This document shows positions 42,727-54,698 of a stretch of DNA of 64,000 nt, one piece after another. A program made the position numbers and the translations under genes. Source of the stretch: Phaeosaccion multiseriatum (lineage: Eukaryota > Protista > Ochrophyta, other classes). Each line of letters opens with the position of its first letter. Position 1 is the first letter of the stretch. The notes below the pieces were generated by a model. That model worked only from the letters and a program-made list of their open reading frames with translations. It had not been told where the DNA came from and made no database searches. The stretch covers positions 1,426,001-1,490,000 of the forward strand of contig OZ218959.1 in NCBI GenBank assembly GCA_965112735.1, read 5' to 3'.

Positions 42727-45700
42727 CAGTAGGAGGTGGAGGAGTAGAAATAGCAGTGGTAGAGAGGGAGAGTGAGATCGAGAGAGCGAGGGAGGGCGAG
42801 AGAGACAAACGAAGCACAGCGGACGAACGAGGAGAGGGGAAAGAGGGAGGAGAACGATGAGTGGAGTGGAGTGACCAGCGAGGGGGGCGGGCTGCGCAGG
42901 TGGTGACAGGTCGAAGGTCGTAGTAGAGACCAAGAGGAAGAAGAGGAAGAAGAGGAAGAAGAGGCGAGAAAAGATGGAGAGCACTTCTGCATTGCTCCCT
43001 TTGAACGAGTCAATGAATGAATGAATGACCAACATGCCTACATCATCGTTCATCGTCATCCTCATCATGATACGTCTCTCTCTCTCTTCTCTCTCACTCA
43101 CCACTCCCATGAGGAGGACGATGGACCTGGAGAAGATTGCAGTGGCGGCCCGGATGAGCTCAAAGTGGTAATGAGAGAAGCGTGCCTGCAGGGACAGCTT
43201 CAGAGCCTGCAGTGGAGAAGCACGGCACAACCAGAGCAGCAAGGAGCGGACAGAGAGGTCAACGCAAGACCCACACACACACGCACGCACGCACGCACGC
43301 ACGGATGGATGTGCCACGCGAGACGGAGCGAGGGGGGTTTGGATGGTGCGGGGCGGGCAGGGCGGCATGGAGGGAGAGAGGAGAGGGTGAGAGAGGGGAG
43401 AGGGTGAGAGAGAGGAGAGGGTGAGAGAGGGGAGAGGGTGAGAGAGAGAGGGAGGGAGAGAGAGGGGAGAGAGAGAGAGAGGGAGAAAGAGGGAAGAGGG
43501 TGAGAGAGGGGAGAGGGTGAGAGAGAGGAGAGGGTGAGAGAGAGGAGAGGGTGAGAGAGAGAGGGAGGGAGAGAGAGGGAGAGAGATAGGGAGAAAGAGG
43601 GAAGAGGGTGAGAGAGGGGAGAGGGTGAGAGAGAGGAGAGGGTGAGAGAGAGGAGAGGGTGAGAGAGGGGAGAGGGTGAGAGAGAGGAGAGGGTGAGAGA
43701 GGGGAGAGGGTGAGAGAGGGGAGAGGGTGAGAGAGAGGAGAGGGTGAGAGAGGGGAGAGGGTGAGAGAGAGGAGAGGGTGAGAGAGGGGAGAGGGTGAGA
43801 GAGGGGAGAGGGTGAGAGAGGGGAGAGGGCTGCCACGGGAAGGAAAGAGAGCTCATGGAGACGGAGGCGTACATGGTGGGAGGCATATGTGGAGAGATTG
43901 ATTGAATCAGAGCCACCGCACCGCAGGAGGTGCCAGAACAGCCACCCTACGCCCCAGTCAGCGCCTCCCACCCACCCATCCTGTAGTACCAACACCCCCA
44001 CCCACCCATCCTGTAGTACCAACATCCCCACCCACCTGGATGCCGTAGTAGAGGCACGGGTAGACTGTGAAAAGGGCGCAGGCAGTGTACAAAGCCTTGA
44101 CCCACTCCCTCTGCGTCAGCCACATGGTGGTCGAGACCGCCTCGGCAAGGGCGTGGAGGAGTAAGTGAAGTACCTCGGGGGCGGTGGTTGGGTTCTCTAC
44201 AGATATGAGCCAGTGGAAGCACACGCTGTAGGGGGGGGGGGACAGAGGAGGGAGGGAAGAGGGAGAGGAAGTATGGAGGGGAGGGAGGGACAGTAGTACA
44301 TAACGTACGTAAGGTGTGGGTCGTGGATGGCACTTGATGGGGTGATAGACATGGGCTTGGGTCTCTCTCTCCCTCTCTCTTCTCCTCTTCCTCTCTCTCC
44401 ACCGCCTCCTTCCCCACCTCCCTCCCTCCCTCCCTCCACTCCACTCCCTTATCATACCCTCTATCTCGCTCACTCATACACCCACTCACATACTCACTCA
44501 CTCACTCACTCACTCCCTCACTCACCCACCAGGAAAAAGAGACACCCACTCACATACTCACTCACTCACTCACTCACTCTCTCACTCACTCACTCACTCA
44601 CTCACATACTCACTCACTCACTCACTCACTCACTCACTCACTCACTCACATACTCACTCACTCACTCACTCACATACTCACTCACATACTCACTCACTCA
44701 CTCACTCACTCACATACTCACTCACATACTCACTCACTCACTCACTCACTCACTCACTCACTCACATACTCACTCACTCACTCACTCACTCACTCACCAG
44801 GAGAAAGAGACACCCACGACCGAGGTAGCGTAGCCTCTCTGCAGCACACCGGCCGCCACGCTCACCATAAGACCGAGGTAGAGCAGGGTAGGACTCATGT
44901 AGAACAGCCGGATGATTGGCACATTGTTGCCCACATTGTCCCCATCCAACCTTTGCACCAGCCGTCGCCAGCCCACACAACAGCAAAACTTCTCCACCGT
45001 CCGCTCCGTGCCCCACGCCCCCCCCGCCCCTCCCTCTGTGCCCACCTCCTCTGAAGGAGGGTACTGTCCAGCTGGGATGATGCCGTCCTCACCTCCCTCT
45101 ACGCCATTCTCCAAGTAGGCATGGAGGTTTCCGGAGCTGGGTACGGGTGTAGGCCTACCGCTGCTGTTGCCCCCGTCACGGGATGGAGACGCCACACGGG
45201 AGTTGTTCCTATTCATTTCCATGGATGGCGTGGTCGGGTGTGGTCAGGTTGGGTTGGGTTGGGTTGGGTTGGGTTGGGTTGGGTTGGGTTGGGTTGTGTG
45301 GATGGATGGATGGATGGATGGATAAACCACACGACATGCAAGGTGGTAGTGGTGGACAGGGAAGAGAGAAAGAGACGGAAACGATGCGGATGGAGGGAGG
45401 GGTGGTATGACATAAGACATGCATGACCAATGACATAAGACATGCATGATCACTGTGAAGGCCTGTGAGTGAGGGTTTCTTCTGTTCTCCCTCCCCCCCT
45501 CCCCCCCTCCCCCCCTCCCCCCTCACCCCCTCTCACCTCCCTCGTCGAGAGGCTGCCAGGGCAAGCGCCAACGCGTCCAGTTCGTTCACCCCTTCCTCCT
45601 CCTCCTCCTCCTCCTCCTTGGATCCCGCGGGGTCTTCACCATTCCCCATTGTTCGACCTCGCTGCTTTCCACCACCACTTCCGTTGGTCCGCTCACCCCC

Positions 45701-48700
45701 ACCCCCATCACCGTTCGTGTACGCTGCATCACCAGCGCTGGTAAAGCCACCTGCTGCTCCTCCTCCCCCTCCTGCCGCCCCCGCAAGGCCTAACCTCTCC
45801 TTGCTCTGCTTCTTCCTGAACTCCTTCGAGTCCTTGATCTGTTGCTGCGCATTCACCAAATCCGTCATGGAGAGCTTCCCCGCCGCAAGGGCCGCTGAGG
45901 TCTGACTCATGTGCGAGAGCTGCGTCGAGCGGTAGGCCATGATGAGTGAAGTGATGATCCAACACACCATGGTCACCCACTCCAGTGTCTGTCGCACATA
46001 GCCCACACTCGTAAGACGGATGGAGCGATTGGCGAAGAAGTACAGCGAGACGCACACACTAAAGCCACTCAGCAGCAGCACAAAGAGCTCGAACCCCTTC
46101 AACTCCAAGTGCAACACCCGAAGAATGTTCATATCGCCGAGCTTGAACATGAGTACTCGCACCACAAGATAGATGAGGACGAGGTTCATGCCTGACACCA
46201 GGTTGCCGTGGATAATGCCGTTACAGTATCCCTCGTCGTGGGTGTGGTGCACAAGACAGCCGTGCGACTGGAAGGCGAGGTAGAACTGTACGGTGAGGAG
46301 CAGAATGGACTCGAAGAAGATGCCCACAGTGATGTCCAGCGCCTTCTCTTGGTACTGGAGGGTTTGGGAGTCGCGATTGGGGGGGGTATTGTTCGGATTC
46401 GGGTCAGGATTCGTCATTTGGTGACAGGTGATGAGGGAAGGGGAGAGTGTGAGAGAGAGGGGGGGATGTGTGTGAGAGAGAGGAAGGTAGTGAGGGCGGG
46501 GGGGGGGGATGAGAGAACAAGAAACAGGTGCAAACAGTTGAAGGTAAGGAAGAGAGATGGGACGAGAAGAGAAGAGACAGACTTTTCTCCTCCTCCCCGC
46601 CCTCCTCCCCCCTCCTCTTCCTCCTCCCTCCTCCTCCTCCTCCTCCTCCTCCTCACCTTCTCCCTCATGATCTGTAGCACCCGCTTATACGCCACGAACA
46701 CCCACGGCCAAACCACGAGGAACAACAGCGCATTGAAAATCACCTCGGCCTTGTTGCCCACCTTTTACATACGTCACGATACGTTACATAACGTCGCAAT
46801 GCGTAAAGAGCAATACGGGCGGTAATACGTAATGAGGGAAGGGGTGGGCGTGAACAGAAGTACCGATTATCCCTCCTAAAGGCCGATTCATCCCTCCCAA
46901 AGTGCCGATTCATCCCTCCCAAAGTGCCGATTCATCCCTCCCCAAGTACCGATTCATCCCTCCCCCTGCCCCTCTCTCCTTCCCTCTCTCTCTTCCTCTC
47001 AATTGACTTACCCTGATCCAGACGATAACCTCTGGAATCTCCGACAAGGCATGGAACCAAAAGTGCACATTCATGGCCTGGTTACTAACCCGATCCCTGG
47101 GATCGCAGCCGAGCGTCAACAGCCACCCCACCACCAAGCCCGTCGTGGACAGGGGCGTGAGCAGCTCCGCCCAGTGTCGGTCCAGAAGGTAATACGCCGC
47201 CAAAGAGAGGAAGAGCTTGTAACCCACCGTCAGCACAAAGAGTAGAAAGCGCCAAAAGAAGATGATTTCACTCAGGTAGGTGATGATGATGCTGAGCGAA
47301 GGTAACTTGCCACTGACGCGGTAGTACCGAATAAGCGGGTGCTCATACTCCCCCTCCCGCACGGCAAAGTAACGCTCCACGGCCTCGCTCGCCCGTCTCC
47401 GCCTGGATGGACGCTCCTCGCCCCCCCCCCCTGTAGCAGCAGCAGCTCCTCCCTCCCCGTCTCCCCTTCCTCCTTGCCCCCCGTCTCCCCCGCTGCCACC
47501 GCTGCTGCCGGCACCCACCCCATTTCCCCGACCCCCCTCCTTCTCCTCCTGCCCCCCCCCCTCCCCCCCCCCTCCTCCCCGTCGTAACGACGTCTCGCCC
47601 CCCTCTTCGAACACACTTCCATCGGTCTCCTCCCCTTCGTCGATCGGAGCAGGCACTGGATGCTCCTCGTGTAGCCAATACGCCCCTTTGAACCATGAGG
47701 GCCGACGCACTCTGTCACTCCCATCCCCCGAACCATCCCTCGACTGTAGAGGAGGAGATAGGGGCTCCGACCCCGACCCCGACCCTCGGCGGTCCAAGGA
47801 CCCACTTCTCCTTCCCTCTCTCCCCCCCCCCTCGTCGGTTTCGGGACTGTTTGGCCCCTCCCCACCGCCCTCACTGGCGTCGACATCATTCTCCTCTTCG
47901 AGTTGGAGTTCTGTGAGTGAGTGTGTGTGTGTGTGTGTCGATGAATCGTGTAAAACGCAGAGGGGAGGCAGGATGGGAGGGAGGGAGGGAGGGAGGGAGG
48001 GTGGGAGGGATGGAGGGAGGGAGGGAGGGAGACAACACACACAGAGAGGACCTCAGTCAACCGCAATGAAAGGAGGGTGTGTGTAAGTTTCGCGGTAGAA
48101 CATGGTTCCTGTATCAACCAGTACGCCACCGCAGCACACATTTCACTGACTGACAAATCGTTACAGATGCTGATCTATCGACATTAGTACACGGAATCTG
48201 GAAACTAAAGTTGGAAACTGAAGCTGAAGCTGAAGCTAAAGCTAAGCTGAAAAACTGCCCAACTGGAATTGCCCCTTCTGCACAACAACAACTGGCGTAC
48301 ACTGAACAACAACTGGCGTACACTGGAACTGACCTTGCGTTCTCAGCTGCGTACGGATCTCCGACGTGATGCCTCCCGTGGGTACATGTGCTAACGCCTC
48401 GAGACGGAGCCCCACATCTCTGACAGCGATGGACAGGTCAATGATGGGAGCCGAGTACACAAGAGGAGCCTTCCAGATGACCGTGACGATGCTGTGGGGC
48501 GGGGGGGGGTGGGGGTGGTGAGGCGAGGGTGAGCACTTGTGTCTTGCTGGTCGTCCCTCGCCCTCTCTTTCCCCTCTATGTGTCTGTGTCTCATTCCGTC
48601 CCTCCTTCTCCTCCTCCTCCTCCTCCTGCTCCTCCTCCTACTCCTCCTCCTCCTCCTGCTGCTGCTGCTGCTGCTGCTGCTCCTCCTCCTACTACTACTA

Positions 48701-51700
48701 CTACTACTACTACAACTACTACTTCTTATCCCCCCCCCCCCCCCCACCTACACATACCTGAGAAACCAGAAGGTGAACATGACGAGGTCGATGAGCAGCT
48801 CGTACCATTCGTCCGAGTAAGGAATGCCCAGAGAAGCGTACTCGTACAGCGAGTACGTGGTGGTCACCACGGACAACACCACGGAGTAGCTCTGGTGGTG
48901 TGCAAGGCGGAACAAAACCACCTGTACTTCCACCCCGGGTGAGTAGGTAGAGAGGAGAGGAGAGAGAAATAGAGAGGCAAAAGAGAGGAAGAGAAAAGGA
49001 GAGGAGTAAGAGAGGTGGAGTATATCCCTAACCCCGATAATGTCATACAGTTAAGGTCATAGAAATGGGACATTATTTTTTCGAAGGGCCGGAATCGAGG
49101 TTTCCGACGGTCATTTTTTTTCGTCCTTAGAATTGGAGTTTGAGCTCACTCTCAACTACGTCTCCACGTGTGGATGATGCAATCCACTGATGCCTTCGTC
49201 GCGTGAGGCGCCGACGAGAATATGACATTAGCCTGTTTTTTGCATCGCCCTCAAATGACGACGCGACCAGTGATTGCATCATCCGCACGTGGAGGTGTAG
49301 TCAAGAATGAGCTCTAATGCTCACTCCAAGGACGCAAAAAAATGACGGTCGGAAACCTCGATTTTGGCCCTTCGAAAAAATAATGTCCCATTTCTATGAC
49401 CATAAATTTGGGGTTAGGGATATAGAGGGGAGTAAGAGTGGTGGAGTAGGTAGAGAGGTGGAGGAGGAGGAGATTAAGGAGGGTAAGTAGAGGAGGAGGG
49501 CAGGAGGTAAGGCGGGTAAGTTGAGAGGGGCAACGGAAAGGGAAGGGAAGGGAGTTGAGTCAGAGATAGAATAATGAGCTCGTCAAGACCGTACCGTACG
49601 GCGGGCCCTCCTCCTCTTTTTTCGGCTGCACCCACATACAGCCACCCACCTACCCACCCCATCCACCCCATCCACCCACCCAACACCTACCCACCCAACA
49701 CACACCCGCACACACCCACACACACACACACACACACACGTACACACCCACACACACACACACACACGCCCACACACGCACACACCTCATCCATACCCCA
49801 TCCCACCCACCCATTGACTTACTACCCTGCCCACCAACCGATTGACCCCCCCTGTATCACCAACACACGCACCTGCTTGGGCGAGATGCCGCAAAGATGC
49901 TTAAAGAGCATGACGAGGACAAAGAGGGTGCCGATGGAGTAATTGAGATGGCGCAGACCGGCGTTCTTTAGAGCACAGTCCGAGACTCCCTCATACACGA
50001 GGCAGCTGACGCTTTGGGCTCCGAGATAAAGGGAGAAGAGTCCCATGATGAAGCCGTACCAGAGAGCGCCCTCGGCAACGTTGGGGAAGCTATGGAGGGT
50101 TGGGTCGGAGGGTGGGGGGTGAGGTTGGAGTGGGAGGGAGGGGAGAGGAGAGGGAGGGGAGGGGAGGGGAGATGGAGGGGAGGAGAGGGGATGAGAGGAG
50201 GGGAGGGAGGACGGGAGGGGAGGGGAGGGGAGGGGAGGGAGAGGACGGGAGGGAAGAGGAGAGAGAGCAGAGTCAATTTCAGTCCCAGCCGCACCGCCCC
50301 CCACCCCCACACACACCCCTCACCCACACACAAACACACACATACATACATGCATACATACAAACATACATACATACATACATACATACATACATACGTA
50401 CACGCACCCGTCTCTGGAGCTGTGCGCGAGTTTGCGCCGCATGGTCTTGAGGAGCATGTACCCGGAAGGCCAAAAGAGGAGCATGAGAAGGGAGGTTAGC
50501 AAGATGCCCGGGATGCCCCCTCCCAACTTGATGGTGTAGTCGTTGGCCACAAGCACTTCGCACGCGGCGTGCACCCAGTAGTGAAGCACCTTTGGGGGGA
50601 AGGAGGGGGAGGAGGAGGAGGAGGGGGGGGGGGAGGGGGTAAGTGTGTCTATCCATCCACTGCTCTCCTCATCCTCTGCCATCCTCCTCTGTGTTCATCC
50701 ATCCACTGCCATCCTCCTCCTCTGTCCATCCATCCACTGCCATCCGCCTCTGTCCATCCATCCACTGCCATCCTCCTCCTCTGTCCATCCATCCACTGCC
50801 ATCCTCCTCCTTCCATCCATCCACTGCCATCCTCCTCCGTCCATCCATCCACTGCTCCCCTCCTCCTCTGTCCATCCATGCATCCACTGCCATCCTCCTC
50901 CGCTCATCCCTCCATCCACTGCCCTCCTCATCCTCTGTCCACCCTCCTCATCCACTGCCATCCATCCTCCCCTCCTCCTCACCTCCCACATTGTGAGTCT
51001 GTCCATCTCTCCTGCGGCAAACACGTGCACAACGAGGATGGCGAAGGAGAAGGGGGCAAGCTCTCGAGCGTATTCAATGTCCACATCTTCGAACAACCAC
51101 CCCAGCACGGCCGCCAGGTAGCACAAGGCAGGGACAGTGAGGAGGATCTGGGGTCATATGGGGGGGGGGGGGGGAGAAAGGCACGGGGCAATAAGGGGGG
51201 TGAGAAGCAGCGGATTGAAAGGAAGAGACAAAGACATAGATGGGTATATAAAAAAGATGGATAGGCACATGGTGATCCAGCGGTGGCGGCAGCGGCAGTG
51301 GCAGCAGTAGAGAGGGGCAGCGCGAGCAGGGGGAGATGAGACGTGGAGCAGCAGGAGCAAGCGTTAAATGTTGGTCTTACATCGCTTACCGCCACCAGTA
51401 ATGGCAACAGAAGCAGTGGTCGCACTGGTTCATCCCTTCCCCTTGGTACTCCTTATTCCAGCTGCATCAATGTCAAATGATGTATACTAAACTAGGAGCA
51501 CTAGGACGAAGTCTCACAGTATGGAACGCCATCCACATCCCCAACCGCCCAGACCACTGTGTACACAGACAACCGTAGCAGGTTCACTGACCTGAAGAGC
51601 GACCGAGATGTAGCCGCTCTGAATCAAGCTGTTGCCGGAACTAAGAGACAAGGACCTCTGTCTCCCCGAGGACGGGCCAGCCCGAGGAGAGGTGGCCCAC

Positions 51701-51828
51701 GGGTTGTCGCTCTCGTTGCCGCTACCTGTACTGCCGGTATAGCTTCCACGCCGCTGAGTGACGGGATTCTTGGTGGAGGTCATGGCCATGTTTGGACTCC
51801 TGGCTGGAGTGCCGCTGCTGGGTGGCAT
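41991..51828 (-). CDS. Large polytopic membrane protein of unknown function, three internal repeats of a multi-TM module; ~13 exons
   Basis: Start MPPSSGTPARSP at 51828 (exon 1 ends 51592). Hydrophobic exons at ~51147-50983, 50589-50408, 50090-49873, 48921-48758, 48492-48334, 47910-47012, 46761-46657, 46417-45537, ~45210-44798, 44226-44036, 43206-43102, 42654-41991. Repeated motifs HxxxHAxxE and (L/F)(Y/F)L...(S/G)CL...C. Some boundaries are approximate. Confidence 0.78.
43370..43828. repeat. Purine-rich (gagagggtgagaga..)n degenerate minisatellite, intronic
   Basis: Direct reading. Confidence 0.9.
49021..49424. mobile_element. Foldback MITE (~400 bp) with long imperfect inverted arms, in an intron of the membrane-protein gene
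   Basis: Ends TATATCCCTAACCCC ... GGGGTTAGGGATATA. Internal arms ggtcatagaaatgggacattattttttcgaagggcc / ggcccttcgaaaaaataatgtcccatttctatgacc and further matches inward; TA or TATA at both ends fits a target duplication; AT-rich relative to its surroundings. Confidence 0.88.
50650..50968. repeat. Tandem array of (ccatccactgccatcctcct..) units, intronic
   Basis: About ten copies of ATCCACTGCCATCC-type units. Confidence 0.9.
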
Positions 51829-52048
51829 ACTGTTTCCCTTCTCCTTGTTCCGACTTGCTGCCCTGCTTGCGTGTGTAGTGTCTGCAAGGCCGTTTGTGGG
51901 ACAGGTGAAACGCCAAGAAGAGTTCGTTATGAAAGGTGAAGGAGCCAAGGTGGTATAGCAGGCGATGCAAGGTCCGTGCAGCGTTATCCTGGTTTTTTCA
52001 TGGGCATTCTGAGTGATGTGGGCGAAGGAAGAGGATGCATAGCACAAC

Positions 52049-52080
<32 letters not shown>

Positions 52081-52339
52081 GCCAGCAAGTAACCAGCAAT
52101 AGCAGCAGCAGGTTGTCAGTATCCGACCAGCACCCGACACCAACCTTTTCTACGCACAGAGCCTCTCTGGGCAGCGATGCCTGTGGATTCCAGGCACCGC
52201 AATAAAACCAAGCAGCCTAGTAAGTCAATAGCCCGAGGGGGCCGATGACAAACGTGTCTAGGGAGAGACAGAGGGCGCGGAAACAAAAAACCTGAATAGC
52301 AATAGCAATAGCAGCAGCCAAGTAGCAATAGCAAGCACC

Positions 52340-53952
52340 ATGACGAAGGAGGTTTCGGTAGCGGAGGTGGCGAAGCACAACACAAAGGAGTCCTGCTGGA
52401 TCATTGTGGACGACAGAGATGACGGAGGTGAGACGAGTCGTTAGTAAGAGAGGGAAGAGAGAGGAAGAAGGGATTGGTATGCCCCTCGCCACTGCCCCCA
52501 GTCACCTTCTCCCTGGGCTTCTGCCCTCCTCCCTTCTACAACGACAACGACAACGGTGACTGCCACTTTGCTAACATGTGCCACTTCATGTCATTGCTGT
52601 CTACGGTGGTGGTCGACCCCCACCCGCATTGCTGCTGGTGCTTCCTTGCTGCCCTTAGGCAAGCCCAAGGTCTACGACGTGACAAAATACCTCGACGATC
52701 ATCCGGGAGGGGGCGAGGTCCTAGTAGAGCAGGCAGGGTAAGTCATGGTGGCAGGGAAACTTGGGGAGAGAGGAGTTACTTCTTGTATGGGGAAGTGCGT
52801 TGCCACTGCTGTCTGTCGCTCTCTGGTCTCTCCCACCCTATCACCAGTCCCAGACACAGGAGTGCAACTATTTGTTCATCATCATCATCGTCGTCATCTT
52901 ATTTTTGTTCTTCCTCCTTGTTGTTCATTCTCCACAGCGGAGACGCCACAAATATGTTTGAAGACATTGGGCACACGGAGGGAGCCAGGCAGGAGATGGC
53001 AAAGTTTTTAGTAGGAGAGGTGAGGAGACTGAGAGAGACACGCACAGAGAGATAAAAGTAGGGGGAGCGGCAGAGCGAGAGACAAGGGGGAGAGAAGAGA
53101 GGTAGGAGAAGGGAGAGCGATGAGCGCATCTGCCTACCTGCCTACCTGAGTCCTGTGTGGTGGCGTGGAGGAGGAGAGGGAGGCGTGAGCTGTGTGTGTA
53201 CTTGACGCACGACTGCGTGACAAGAGACAGCGGCCGAGGACCTCAGTTCGCCTCCGAAGTCTCACCCTTCCTTGGACTCCCCCCCCCCCCCTCCCCTCCC
53301 TTCATCTCCCTTCCTTGGACTCTCCCTCCCCCCCCCTCCCCTCCCTTCGTCTCCTCCCCCCTCCACCGCCCATGCCTCACGCACACATGACAGGTCAAGC
53401 TGTCCGAGGCGGACAAGGAGGCCTTGAGAGTAAAGCAGGAGCTGAAGGAGGCAGCCAAGCTGGCAGGCAAGGGGGGAGGGCTCAGCCCTCTTCCCCTTCT
53501 CGCGGTAGCCGCGGCTCTTATAGCAGGTAGGGTGGGCGACTTTTCTCTGACGTCATGGGCCGATTGGTCGACGGAGATGTGATGTGGGGCGGAGGGGCAT
53601 GAAGTCAGAGAGGTATTCCTGCTTCTCTTGTTGGCTTCTGGGCCTGTTGGTGGCAGGGGTCCTCCTCTTGCCTGTCTAGTGGTTCCCTCTCTTTTTCTCT
53701 CTCCCCCGTGTGTGTATGTGACTCTCTCTGTAAGTATCTTTGTGTGTGTCTCCCTTTCACTGTGTGTCTGTGTCTCTCTTTGGGATCGGCTGTATTGCCC
53801 CCTCCCTGCCTCATGCTTACGCTAACGTGTACATGTGTGTGCACCTTTTGCATCATGGGCCATCCCATTGACTTACTGTGAGCCTGTCCCCATCCCATCC
53901 CGCCCCGTCCCTTCCTTCCTTCCTTCCAGGCTACTACTACTCCCAGCAGTAG
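52340..53952 (+). CDS. CYB5: Cytochrome b5, tail-anchored, 5 exons
   Basis: [23 protein letters not shown].../[51 protein letters not shown]/...[22 protein letters not shown]; HPGG and GH heme ligands, C-terminal TM helix. Confidence 0.95.
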
Positions 53953-54698
53953 ACAGCAGCAGGCGGCAGTAGGCAGCAGGCGGCAGTAGGCAGCAGCAGG
54001 AGTGGCATGTAAATACGGTCGAGCGGTCGAGACTTGTGGGCCCGGCCTCGGGGTAGGGTTAGGGTGGGGTATGCTGACATAATGGCACACAAATTGGTGA
54101 GAGCATCAGCAGGGGGAGGAAGGGAGCAGACGAGGGGAGGGGCCCAGACGAGGGGCCTAGAGGAGGGCCGGACTTTGTGGCTGTTGTGCTCATTGTATCG
54201 CAGCTCATTGCAAATTTATTCTTGTTTCGCTATCGCTGGCCTACGATACCAGCCAACCAGCACTTCCAGCTATTGCCCGTGAAGGTGTATGGGCGGTGGG
54301 ATGACGGGCGTGTGGCGCCGGGCACGCGCCCTTTTGCCCAAGCAGAGCCGCGCCCTATTGCCCGATCGAGCTGCTCGTCGATGTATGCTCGGGGGGGGGA
54401 GGACTGGGGGGGTTGGTCTGACTAGACGCAGTTTCGAGAGGGGAAAAATACGGTTTCAAAAATAAAGGTCATTTCCATCTTCCTTCAAGTCTTCACTGCG
54501 GCAAAACTTGTCCAAGCCCTCACTCACTGCCCTCCAAAGCTCCTCTTCACCCACAAGAGGAGACACGTGAGACTACTGCTACTGCCGGAGGCATCTGAGC
54601 CAATCCCTCCCTCTTGCCCGCCGCCACTCTTCAAAGCTCTTTTTCACTCCCTAGGCGAGGAGTGAAGGTTGCAGACAAATAAAACGCCCTGCGGGACG

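Noticed and set aside
51758-51958. Small hydrophobic plus-strand ORF (66 aa)
   Set aside because: Non-ATG start and antisense to exon 1 of the membrane-protein gene.
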